NCBI RefSeq assembly: GCF_947568905.1 | Contig: NC_079166.1 | Location: 75,268,001-75,332,000 of the forward strand | Source of the DNA: Ostrea edulis | Lineage: Eukaryota | Direction of reading: 5' to 3' | Length of the DNA stretch: 64,000 nucleotides | Shown: in pieces, positions 12,873-24,138 of the stretch | Layout of the letters: the number at the start of each line of letters is the position of its first letter | Position numbering within the stretch: position 1 is the stretch's first letter | Made by a program: the position numbers and the translations under genes | The notes under the pieces: model-generated | The model's database searches: none | What the model saw: the letters and a program-made list of their open reading frames with translations, nothing else | What the model was told of the DNA's origin: nothing

Positions 12873-14093
12873 ATGGGCTCAGGGAACCATTCACATGATC
12901 AAATGTTGAGGGATCTGAATACTCTGTTTGCCAAAAGAGGCTCGCAGACGTCCGCTGTAACAATTGCTATCATTGTCATTGGTGTAATTGGGAATACCTT
13001 CGTTCTTGCAGCGTACTGGAAGCTATATAAACACAAGAGCAAACAGCTGAAAGGCCGCTATTTCATGCTTCATTTGACCTTAGCAGATCTCATTTCCTGC
13101 GTTGTTGGATGTTTCGTGTATTTGTATTTCGATTTCCATCGATTGATATTTACGTCAGACATAGGGTGTCGACTGTCCACTTTTACTGCACTTTCGACTA
13201 ACACAATGTCGGTTTTGATGCTGCTGATATTCTCGGTGAACCGTTACCTGAAAATATGTCGCCCTCTTCACCAGCAGATGGCGCTGTTTTGGAAACGGGC
13301 TTCTCTGATTATTATTACAGTTGTTTCTGTGGTATCCTGTACGCCCCTTTTGCATTTTTCGGGAGTACGTCATGGACAAGTCAACACGACGGAATTTGCC
13401 GATGTTTTAGACCTTCCGACACATTTGAAAAACAAGACCCTTACTTATCATCAATGTGAAATGACAAAGTACAACAATTTATTGTGGAAGCTTTACTACA
13501 ACTTTTTTCTTCTTGGACAATTTGGAAACATAGTTGCTATGATTTTTCTGTACGTGCAGATGGGAAAATTGATATATGAGAAATACCGGCAAAACAAAGA
13601 CTCACGATCAATGACGTATCCGGCGGGTGTGTCCACCGACAAAAGAACCAACACAGCAACAAACACCGCTACCACCGAAACAGCGTCAAATGACGAAAGC
13701 GCCGTCCAAAGTACCGATATAGTGGGGTCCAGTGATCAGATTCAAGTTCGCAAACAACGTGGTCGTAATCACAAAGCTTGGAACAATGCCAAAAATCGTT
13801 TCACGTTAATGTTTATGGTTATTGTGATAGTTTACGTCATCACAAATTTACCGACATTTATATATATGTACTCTATTATGGAGAGTGCTAGATTTCGAAA
13901 ATATTTTATTTTTGATTCTGACTTTGAGAGTTATAATCTAATTTTGTCTCTCTTAAGGATACGTCTAATCAACAACATCGTGAATCCTTTTCTATACGGG
14001 TATTTTGACTTGGCCTTTAGAAGGGAGATGAAAGCCATTTGTTTCAGCATTTTCTTTAAAACAAAACAGGTGTGTTGTTCCCGTGGTGCATAG
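12873..14093 (+). CDS. Class A (rhodopsin-like) orphan GPCR, paralogue 1, 406 aa, uninterrupted CDS
   Basis: Seven hydrophobic segments. TM1 GN, TM2 LADL, TM3 Cys plus NRYLKICRP (DRY variant), ECL2 Cys, TM7 NPFLY, C-terminal CC, N-glycosylation sequons. The track starts at TTG 12861 but the first ATG is 12873. Candidate 5'UTR splice acceptor ctctacag at 12815. Resembles the mollusc-expanded peptide-receptor-like orphan GPCRs; ligand unknown. Confidence 0.92.
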   Translation: MGSGNHSHDQMLRDLNTLFAKRGSQTSAVTIAIIVIGVIGNTFVLAAYWKLYKHKSKQLKGRYFMLHLTLADLISCVVGCFVYLYFDFHRLIFTSDIGCRLSTFTALSTNTMSVLMLLIFSVNRYLKICRPLHQQMALFWKRASLIIITVVSVVSCTPLLHFSGVRHGQVNTTEFADVLDLPTHLKNKTLTYHQCEMTKYNNLLWKLYYNFFLLGQFGNIVAMIFLYVQMGKLIYEKYRQNKDSRSMTYPAGVSTDKRTNTATNTATTETASNDESAVQSTDIVGSSDQIQVRKQRGRNHKAWNNAKNRFTLMFMVIVIVYVITNLPTFIYMYSIMESARFRKYFIFDSDFESYNLILSLLRIRLINNIVNPFLYGYFDLAFRREMKAICFSIFFKTKQVCCSRGA

Positions 14094-14544
14094 AATTGTA
14101 CACCTATTTATAGGACGCGGTCACGTATTAAAAACAGCTCACCATAAAACATCACTCCTCCAAAGGTTTACATACATCATATCAAATTTCTAACCAAAAA
14201 CTGACTTGTACTTCTACATTTGTGAATTGCTGATGGAAGAAGTATTTTCAAGTCAGATATGGCACAAAATGTGACATGCATATAATCATATAGAAGTAAT
14301 TCCCGCGATCTCTGTGTGCCTTTCCTCTAGTGAGAGGATATAGGCTGTGGGGAATATTGAAACCACTGTCCTGTTCCTGGAAGTAGTTCAAAGATTTAAA
14401 ACTGCAATGACTAATGAATCTGTCCACCAACTTTCTTCCCAGGTTAAGGGAAGTTGCCAAAAATTCTGTCTCGGCTACTGAACTCTGTCCCTGTTGCCGG
14501 CATTTAAACTTCCGTACATCCCCTAATTTTTTTTACCATATTTG

Positions 14545-14546
<2 letters not shown>

Positions 14547-14610
<64 letters not shown>

Positions 14611-14634
14611 GTACCTAGTTGTGATTATTTAGTG

Positions 14635-14680
<46 letters not shown>
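14547..14680. repeat. Two (TA)n microsatellites (about 14547-14602 and 14638-14680)
   Basis: Directly visible. Confidence 0.95.
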
Positions 14681-14682
<2 letters not shown>

Positions 14683-14788
14683 TTAGAAATTGCACAATTG
14701 ATATTGAATTTTAATTCGAATTCAATAATAACAGTTATTTCCTTCAAAAACCTTAAATTTCCCATCACACATCCAACTTCACTTTTAA

Positions 14789-15003
14789 AGGGACTGATTC
14801 ACGATTTTCCCAAAAACATTCTTTTTCACTTTTAATGATCAAAATCTACTATCTAATGTGTTTAAAAGAGTTCACATAAAAATTAAGGTTATACATTATC
14901 ACAGAAGCTCATTTTAGAGAGTTTATTATTTGTTTTGTAAACAAAGATTGCAGTATGTTATTGTTTACGAAATTTTCAAATTAAGAAATCGTGAACCAGT
15001 CTA
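14789..15003. mobile_element. Internally deleted Kolobok-type MITE, opposite orientation
   Basis: TTAA-AGGGACTGATTCACG at 14785-14803 and CGTGAACCAGTCTA-TTAA at about 14990-15007. Body is the reverse complement of the right part of 10259-10775. Confidence 0.75.
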
Positions 15004-15344
15004 TTAAACTTTTTAGGATAATTTTTATTTCTTTACTTCTTGTAGATAATATATACAATTCTTTGACCTCTGCTTACTCACATATCCTACGACTCGATTG
15101 GATACATCTTTGCCATGTGACGAAATCGATTTCACCCTCTGTGATCTTGTAAACAAACTATAAACATACATACTGATAACCTCGAGCCATGTCGTCTCAC
15201 CCCACGGTGAAAAGTTCATACATTTTTGTTCAGTATTTGTTAACTGTCATTTTTGTCTCACATTATTTAGTCAATGTCAATTCATTCATAATCCTTCTCC
15301 CATGTTTTGAAATTCTATCATCTGTTCACTGCAATGTAATTTTC

Positions 15345-15592
15345 GTTATGACAACCTTTCAAAAAATTGGGTCAAATGCTGTCTGGCTTGTTTCATACTA
15401 ATTGTCAGGCTGTTCTTGGCACACTGATTTCGACTACGGATAACTCCGTGTACCGGTCGACAGGAGATGCTTACTCCTCGTAGGCACCTGATCCCACCTC
15501 TGGTAAAACCAGGGGTCCGTGTTTGCCCAACTCTATATTTTGTATTACTTATAGGAATTATGAGATTGATCACTGTTCGTTATCTTCAGTTT
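15345..15592 (+). mobile_element. Penelope-like element 3' end fragment
   Basis: Matches about 17560-17836 of the long copy. Confidence 0.85.
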
Positions 15593-16024
15593 TCTTGTAT
15601 GTAAGTTTATGATCGTTTTTGTTATCATCTGTATGGTTTCATTTTACCATGAAAATAAATGTCCCCTTGCAATGAGGATGTTCTGTGTCGTGATTTTCAA
15701 GGACGTTAACTAATAGGACGTGTTCCTTAGCATGTACCGTGTACAGAGTTTACACATAGACATGTATTTCTTTTGCATCAATAAGAATGAGGATCGCTAT
15801 TCTTAGTTTTGTGTCAAGGTTTGTTGAAGGTCACAACTTCAACATACCAAAGAAACTTCAAGATATTCCACTAGAGCAGTTTTTGTTTCGTCTTTGAAAA
15901 TTCTTCACTCATATTCAGATCTCACCAGCTGCAAGTGACGTATCCAAAACTTCATCTTATGCTTGACGTTCAGGGCCTTAACAGTGATAGTTCTTTATTG
16001 TGTTGATAAAAACGCCTGTCGCAA

Positions 16025-16175
16025 CACAGGATCTCCATTTATCCGAAGACCCGTGATTGCCGAGCGTTTGGCGAAGGAGCAAACCACTACCTGGTTTTAG
16101 TCGTATGTTAGACGTTGTTATGGCACGAGCACAGCTCCCGGTTACGAGACAAACGCTTTACTTAAACAGTAACCA
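16025..16175 (-). mobile_element. Degenerate tRNA-derived SINE
   Basis: ccgaagacccgtgattgccgagcgtttggcgaaggagc..actac is shared with the SINE at 33500-33806. Confidence 0.6.
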
Positions 16176-16379
16176 CAAAGCTAACGCCACGCAGACTTTG
16201 AATGTATTAATAACTATTGATTTCTCATCATTTATTCCTAATTCACTGCATAAACACCAGGTATGAACATAGTTTGTCTTTTTGCAAATTCAATAAAATA
16301 AAAGATGGAAAGAATTTCTTCTGACCCTTTTCCATTTGTTTACAAACTTTTTCATATAACAGCACCTGTGTATTATTTG

Positions 16380-17836
16380 TAGTTATACTCCAACTGCCCT
16401 TTCAAAACATAAAATTCTTCAAAACCATACTTCATTTTTAGACACATCTAATATCTCAGTTAATGGGTCAGTTGAATATGAGTTACCTTACCTATACTGG
16501 GTTTCTAAACTTCATAAAAAACCCTTACAAAGATTTATTGCTGGATCCAGTAAGTGTTCTACCAAGCCTTTATCTTTGCTCCTCACGAAAATATTAAGAG
16601 ATGTGAAGGAGAAACTTCAAACGTACTGTGCCACTAAATATGCCATAAGTGAAGCAAATACAATGTGAATTTTAAAGAATTCTTAAGATCTTTCAGTAAA
16701 CTTGAAATTGCAAAGCTTTTCTCAAATCAACAACATCAAAACGTACGACTTTTCTACACTTTACATGACCATTCCTCACGAAAACTACAAGACTTTGAGA
16801 CCTTATAGACAGTTGCTTCTTGAACAAAAATGGAAAACGGAAATATTCATATCTAGTGATCAGTCATCCAAAAATTACTTTGTTAAACACCATTCTGAAT
16901 TCACGCACAAGTACTCTGAAGTTGAAATTTTAAAAATATGCTGTACTTCATCATTGACATCTTCGTGGACTTTGGTTATCAGGCCTTCTAACAGTCTGTT
17001 GGAATTCCCATGGACACAAATTGTGCTTCTTTGTTTGCTCACCTCTTTACATATTGATATGAAGCAGAAATTATTCAAAAACTTCTACGTGAGAAGAAAA
17101 AATATGTTGCTGTGGCCTTCAATGCGACATTTAGATATATCGACGACGTTTTATCTATTGACAATTCTAATTTCCATTCATATGTATATTCGATATATAT
17201 CCCTGTGAACTCGAGATAAAAGTAATCACAGAATCGACCACATCTGCTTCATATTGAGATATTTTATTCAAAATAGGTATTAACGGTAAACTAACAACTC
17301 AACTTTATGATAAATGGGATGATTTTAACTTCTCCATCGTTAACTTTCCACATCTATGTAGCAATATTCCATTATCACCTGCATATGGTGTTTATATCTC
17401 CTAAGTGATTCGATACGCAAGAGCTTGTTCTGCGTATATGCAGTTTTGTTTTGCAATCGACGGAGGCTACTGACAAACAAGTTGATGGTGCAGGAGTTTC
17501 AACAGTTTCATTTAAAGTCAATATTTTTCGCAAATTCTATGGTCATTTTAACGATGTAGTTTGCCAGTGCAACTTATCATTGGGTCTAATGCTGTCTGAC
17601 TTGTTTCATACCGATTGTTCGGCCGTTCTTGACACAGTAATTTTGACTACGGGTGGTTCCGTTTACCTTTAAATATAGGATTCACGGCGGGTGTGATCAG
17701 TCGACAGGGAATGCTAACTTCTCCAAGGGACATGAGCCCATCTCTGGTACGTTCAGGGGTCTGAATTTGCCCAACTTTCTAATTTGTATTGCTTGTGTGA
17801 TTTATGAGATTGATCGCTGTTCGTTATCTTCACATT
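16380..17836 (+). mobile_element. Decayed Penelope-like retroelement reverse transcriptase (probably Naiad-type, RT at the C-terminus)
   Basis: LPYLYWVSKLHK, RFIAGSSKCSTKPLS, KTYDFSTLY (motif A), GIPMDTNCA (motif B'), RYIDDVLSI (YIDD at 17136-17147), LYDKWDDFNFSIVNFP..SNIPLSPAYGVYIS. Stops and frameshifts present. No GIY-YIG domain follows the RT thumb. Clade assignment is an inference. Confidence 0.88.
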
Positions 17837-19677
17837 TCATTAGCGGATGCAAAAAATGCCAAATATGGGAAGGGGTCTGTGACAAGATCATGTGATAAAT
17901 TAGTTACATGATTGACAGCTCGATGAATTATACAAGATATCGTTTCTTCATTACACATTTGAGAGGCTCCACCTCCTCGTGTGCAATAACGATATTTTGT
18001 ATACATCATCTCGTGTCATCATGTATCTATAACGATGATAGTTATCGGTGTTTTCCCCTCCCACCCAACCTTTATACGAGTGTTATGCTTTGGTTCTTGT
18101 GATCATGTGACCTATCATTTTATTCATATCTTTGATTGTACGTATCATTATGAGCATATTGTTTGCATTTCAGATGGCCATGGGAAAGAATAGTACTATG
18201 TACTAATCGGGCTACCTTCTCTAAATAAAATAGAGTTTATGAAATAAACTAATTTTTGGCAAACTGTAGGCTTGTATATCTTATTAGAGTTATCTCTCTT
18301 GTACTGTTCATGTTTAGCGCAAGGGGAGGTAATTTTGATTGTTGAGTCACGCAACTTTGCATATAGAGGGCGCATATAGGCGCATTCTAGAAATTTCTTA
18401 AATTAATGGCTGGACAAGTCCAGAGTAAACAAAATTTCCCCACCTCCCACCCTGATGCATAATTTGTTAATGTGGTGGTGGTGGTGGGGGGGGGGGGGTA
18501 GATATGCTAATAGTCTAGTTGGCAGTTGATCGATGAAAACTTGAAGATGATGTTGAAGCTAGTTAATTTTTGATATGGGGGGTGTTAAGCTCTCCATCTT
18601 TGGTGGGCCATATAATTGTGGATATTAAATGTATGTTGATTGTGATGTTTCATCATGTATATCTTGTTTATTATTGGTTGTATTTTTACCATTGCATATT
18701 ACCTGTCATTTACATTAATAAATGACATTTTTCACATCAACAAGCTTTTGTCATTCAGATCCACCAAACTAGCACACACTGTGTTGACAAAAAGCATTAT
18801 TATTATTATTAAACAGTTCAGACATGGGAAACGCACGGTGTAGCACAATGGTGATTTGTAAAGTTATTATATTAGTACCATAAGCTACTGTTTACTATGG
18901 ATGCAGTGATTGCTATTGTCAGACATTCAGATTTCTATTGCTCTAGTGTTAACTATGGATGTAGTGATTGCTATTGTCAGACATTCAGATTTCTATCTAT
19001 CTAGCCGCTCGTTAAACCATATTTTGGACTGACCAAATTAGACCACAGCGAGTTAACTTTGTCTCGTGTTGGTTGCCTTACTGTGAGAAATAACCAACAT
19101 GCAACTTGGATGTTTTTGTTAATTTAATCGTGACCGAATTTTGAATTATAACATCCCATCCCATCCGTTATATCAATTTTTATTTTGACAAAAACAGTGA
19201 TTTTGCCTGCGGTTACTCTTCCTGATTGGAAATAATTCATATTCCTGCCAAGATTTTTCTTTTCAGATCCGCTACACTTAAGTGATAGACTTCTAAGTGA
19301 CATCTGGTACATACTTTGCTCGACGTTTCACTGTTTTCTGAATGAATCTAGTCTATGGTGTCCGGTACAGCACACCCTGTTCTATTCCTTGTAAATATCA
19401 TGACACTTGTAAGAGTCTTAAAGTTATAACAATCCAGAACATGTGACACTGGAAAAACGGTCTGTCAATCTATGAAGAGGCTGACATTTCCCCCAGCGCT
19501 TCTAGAGCATACCAGGAAGAAAACCGTTTATTGCGGATCAGAGTCTCACTTCCCGGTTCATGAGGATGAATTCACATGCTAACACCAGTTCATTTATGAT
19601 CTGCACAGCCTGCGACGAAGTTCAGAAGTACGATTTAAACTTTCATGATACTAGTATTCTAGACTTTGGCCGACATC

Positions 19678-20895
19678 ATGGGCTCAGGAAACCATTCACA
19701 TGATCAAATGTTGAGAGATCTGAATACTCTGTTTGCCAAAAGAGGCTCGCAGACGTCCGCTGTAACAATTGCTATCATTGTCATTGGTGTAATTGGGAAT
19801 ACCTTCGTTCTTGCAGCGTACTGGAAACTATATAAACGGAAGAGCAAACAGCTGAAAGGCCGCTATTTCATGCCTCATTTGGCCCTGGCAGATCTCATTG
19901 CCTGCGTTGTTGGATGTTTCGTGTTTTTGTATTTCGATTTCCATCGAGTGACATTTACGTCAGATATAGGGTGTCGACTGTCGACTTTTTCTGCATGGTC
20001 GACTAACGCAGTGTCGGTTTTGATGCTGCTGGTAATCTCGGTGAACCGTTACCTGAAAATATGTCGCCCTCTTCACCAGCAGATGACGCTGTTTTGGAAA
20101 CGGGCTTCTCTGATTATTATTACAGTTGTTTCTGTGGTATCCTGTACGCCCTTTTTGCATTTTTCGGGAGTACGTCATGGACAAGTCAACACGACGGAAT
20201 TTGCCGATGTTTTAGACCTTCCGACACATTTGAAAAACAAGACCCTTACTTATCATCAATGTGCAACGGCAAAATACAACAATTCATTGTGGAAGTTTTT
20301 CTACAACTTTCTTTTTCTTGTACAATTTGGAAACATAGTTGCTATGATTTTTCTGTACGTGCCGATGGGGAAATTGATATATGAGAAATACCGGCAAAAC
20401 AAAGACTCACGATCAATGACGTATCCGGCGGGTGTGTTCACCGACAAAGGAACCAACACAGCAACAAACACCGCTACCACCGAAACAGCGTCAAATGACG
20501 AAAGCGCCGTCCAAAGTACCGACATAGTGGGGTCCAATGATCAGATTCAAGTTCGCAAACAACGTGGTCGTAAACACAAAGCTTGGAACAATGCCAAGAA
20601 TCGTTTCACGATAATGTTTTTGGTTGTTGTGATAGTTTATGCACTCACAAATTTGCCGACCTTTATATTTTTGTACGCGTATATGGAGAGTACTAGATTT
20701 CGAAAATATTTCATAAGTGATTCTGACTTTGAGAGTTATAATCTAATTTTGTCTCTCCCAAGGATACATCTAATCAATAACATTGTCAATCCATTTCTAT
20801 ACGGGTATTTTGATTTGACCTTTAGAAAGGAGGTCAAAGCCATTTGTTTCAGCATTTTTGTCAAACCAAAACAGATGTGTTGTTCCCGTGATTGA
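19678..20895 (+). CDS. Class A orphan GPCR, paralogue 2, 405 aa
   Basis: Same motifs as paralogue 1 and colinear with it. First ATG 19678. Conserved upstream acceptor ctgcacag at 19608. Confidence 0.92.
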   Translation: MGSGNHSHDQMLRDLNTLFAKRGSQTSAVTIAIIVIGVIGNTFVLAAYWKLYKRKSKQLKGRYFMPHLALADLIACVVGCFVFLYFDFHRVTFTSDIGCRLSTFSAWSTNAVSVLMLLVISVNRYLKICRPLHQQMTLFWKRASLIIITVVSVVSCTPFLHFSGVRHGQVNTTEFADVLDLPTHLKNKTLTYHQCATAKYNNSLWKFFYNFLFLVQFGNIVAMIFLYVPMGKLIYEKYRQNKDSRSMTYPAGVFTDKGTNTATNTATTETASNDESAVQSTDIVGSNDQIQVRKQRGRKHKAWNNAKNRFTIMFLVVVIVYALTNLPTFIFLYAYMESTRFRKYFISDSDFESYNLILSLPRIHLINNIVNPFLYGYFDLTFRKEVKAICFSIFVKPKQMCCSRD

Positions 20896-21336
20896 TGGAA
20901 TTGTACACCTATTTATAGCACACAGTCGCATGTTGAAAACAGTCCATAAGACTTTAATCTATCAAAAGAATCATTCTGTCAAACACTTACATGAATGTAA
21001 CTTTCATAATTGTTATTTGTTCTCATTATACCATGAAAATAAATTGTTATATATATATATATATTTGCAATTAGGAAGATTTGTGACATGATTTTCGATG
21101 CTTTGTGTTGAAATGTGGTATTTTGCAACAGACATCTACAGAGTACATGTATGATTATATTTTTTGACTCATAAACATGAATATCACTCTTCTTGTTTTA
21201 AAACTGTGTCAAGGTTAGTTTAAGGTCACAACTTTTCCATTTCAAAGATGGGTAAGGCGCAAGCCGAGCCAAAGATTTTTTTTTCAAGGACGCCATATAT
21301 TTCATATTAAAATTACCCTTGTATGTGTCTACATTA

Positions 21337-21540
21337 TTGATTGATTGATTGTTTAGCTGTTTTCCGCCACACTCAACAATTTTTTCAGTTGTCTGGTGGC
21401 GCCCATTTTTTATTGGTGGAAGAAAGAACCCAGATACAATGTACCTAGGAAGAGACCACCGACCTTCCGAAAGATCTGATCAGCGCGGGTTCGAATCCCG
21501 CTCGCGCCGGTAAGTGAGAACGTTTCTGTTTACTTTCGGA
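21337..21540. mobile_element. tRNA-derived SINE with an internal inversion
   Basis: (ATTG)n tail at about 21337-21352, B-box-like GGTTCGAATCCC at about 21487-21498, and ttccgaaag / ctttcggaa inverted at both ends of the flipped segment. Confidence 0.55.
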
Positions 21541-21590
21541 AATAAATAGGCAAGTGCTCTTATTACACATGCAATTCAAATATATATACG

Positions 21591-21740
21591 GCGAGTGTGA
21601 CCGGTCGACAGGGGATGCTTACTCCTCCTAGGCATCTGAATAGTGATCCAGTGTCCAGGGGTCCGTGTTTGCCCAACTATCTATGTATTGCTTAAAGGAG
21701 TTATGACATTGATCACTGTTCGTTATCTTCACCTTTCATA
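21591..21740 (+). mobile_element. Penelope-like 3' end inserted in a (TA)n microsatellite
   Basis: Family terminus ...cgttatcttcacctttcat runs directly into (AT)n at 21739-21783. The left flank is atatatatac. Confidence 0.88.
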
Positions 21741-23912
21741 TATATATATATATATAATATAATATATATATATATATATATATAGTTATTCTGTTGCATT
21801 AATGGAGTTTGAAAATACTACTTTATGACCGAATTCAGTGATGACGCATGGCAAGCGATTTTGTCACACATCGTTATATACAAGAACGTTGAATGTTCGT
21901 TACCAACGGTAAAGAATATTTTAAGAAGGTTCAAGAAAAATTGTATTGCATTACACATTAATTGTCATAAAGGAGTAAAAGTTTGTTTTGGAAACACTAC
22001 AGGAAGTCCAATTCTTCGTATTTAGAACAGATCGTGTGCCCGTACTAGTACTTAATATAAGTGTATCTCTTAGATGTCTATTCCTGGATAACACGGACAT
22101 GATAAATTATTAAGCGTTATTTATAATCGTATGTTTTTACTTTATCAGTTTCAACATTCATCATATTTAAGGGGGTGGGGTGTCTTGGTGAAAACTGTGA
22201 ATTTAGTTATTAGTCAGACATCAAACTTTTGATCTCGTCCCTGAAATTGAAATAATGTCAGACATTGAACTTTTGATCTCACCTCTGAAATTGAAATAAT
22301 GCCCGTAGTTCTATGCACGCTATGGGGTTTTTGATTAAAACTGGAATAATGTTGAATTATCTTCTTCCATGTATCAGTTTGGCAATCACGTGACATTGTC
22401 AGTGTGCTTGTACTCCCGAGATCTAATGAGTAGACTACTACCAGAATTTTTATCGCTGTGGATGAAACTTTTTGTTAGACTGGGTAAATCTATATCCAAC
22501 CAACGTAACCAAGCCAGTACAAACTTAAAATCCACACAAATCCCCGACATCACACCCACCCACCCACTCAGACATTTGTATATTTGTACATGTATATATA
22601 TATATACGTGTATATAGATAGATATATATACTAAAGCCTAATGTAGAAAATTTGTATCCAAGCCCTCATATCTTCATAATGTCCGAGTATGTACTTGTGG
22701 AGCTCAAGAGGTTTTACAGGAATTTGTCTTCAGATTGCTATGTATACTTTGAGGGGTCATGAATGACTTACCGGTACAATAAATGAAAGTTGCATATTCT
22801 TTTCACAAATCGTACATGTGTCCGTGGGTTTTTATTAATTATCAAAAGTTGCAATCCCCTCCCCCATCCAATTTGAACATTCAAGAAAAAAAGGTGATTT
22901 TTTGGCCATTTTCAGTCTTCATCAAAAGTTGCAACCCTCTCCCCTACCCAATTTGAACATTCAAGAAAAAAGGGTAATATTTTTGGCCATTTTTCAGTCT
23001 TCATCCCCCACCCCCTTTCTTGGGCAGAAAAAGTAGAGACTTGAAATTTTCTGGATCCGCCCCTAGTACCACTGTGGTTCTAGACACCCCATTCTCAGCC
23101 TTGTCCTGGGAATTATGGAGTAGATATGAAGTTTCAATAATGATAAAAGCAAACTTTCAAACAAGCTTTGGCTTTTCCAGTTTAGGTTTTCTATTAAATT
23201 ATCATTCTCCACAGGAATGTTCCCATTATTTGAACAAACCTGAACCTCCTTTACCTAAGGAATATTTGAGGCAGATTAAAATCAGCCATGTCATGCACCA
23301 GCAACACCTACATATTAAATCAAAGTAATTTAATGTCATGTTCACCTTCCTCATTATACATGTATAGGAAGAACATTCTTCCCTTTTCCTCTCAGATGTG
23401 GTGAACATGAGATATAAATAATATAATACACTTCAAAGCACTTTGCATTAAACACTAAGACATTAAGACTTGGTACTTTACAATGACAATGTTTTATTTA
23501 CAATGATAGATTGCACTTGACCAGAGTGAGTACTTTGACCCAAATACACAACATTCACAGGGTTTTTAGGAAATTTATTACTGCTTAACAAATGTTTTAT
23601 CTTGAATTTTTTTTTCTGGTGCTTGTTAGTATTTTAAAAAAATTTCTTAAAAACATGCACTGAATAAAACAGTATTTTAACATTTTTGGAAATATTCATA
23701 AATGACAAGTCTGGAGTCTCAGAATTTTCATTCTTTTCATTGCCTTTCAGATGAAGTCGGTTGTGTTAAATATCCAAATGATAGTTCAGGCCAAAGCTGG
23801 CAGAGGTGAAAAATTCATCAGCAACAGATTCTGACATTTTTCTGTGCTGTTGACTAAAAGGGTCACAGTTCACTTCCTGTCACATGATTGGATTCACTTC
23901 CTCTCACATGAG

Positions 23913-24138
23913 CTACTGCTGGCTAGCATTGTGGTGCATTGTATTGGGAAGGGTCGGTCGCTCCTCTAATTTATCATACTCCAAATGGAATTCCTTTGCA
24001 ACCCTTCTCCAGTTTTGTACGTCAAAGAAATAGTAGGTTCCTCGTTCGTACGTGGCTGATTTCATCAATGGTTCCACCCCCGGTGCTCTCGTGATCCACA
24101 CCCGCTCCTCCTTGTGATATCGCCAGTCTCTAGTGTAC
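23913..24138 (-). CDS. CNOT2: CNOT2 last coding exon (NOT-box C-terminus)
   Basis: YTRDWRYHKEERVWITRAPGVEPLMKSATYERGTYYFFDVQNWRRVAKEFHLEYDKLEERPTLP..QQ*; acceptor catttag. Confidence 0.97.

Noticed and set aside
13155-13459. Overlapping alternative-frame and antisense ORFs conserved in both GPCR copies
   Set aside because: Conservation is explained by the near-identity of the host CDS.
16650-17836. In-frame TGA in the PLE RT as possible selenocysteine, with a SECIS in the 3' region
   Set aside because: The TGA replaces a conserved Trp (TGG>TGA) in a copy that also has TAA stops and frameshifts. I found no AUGA..AA..GA SECIS pattern.
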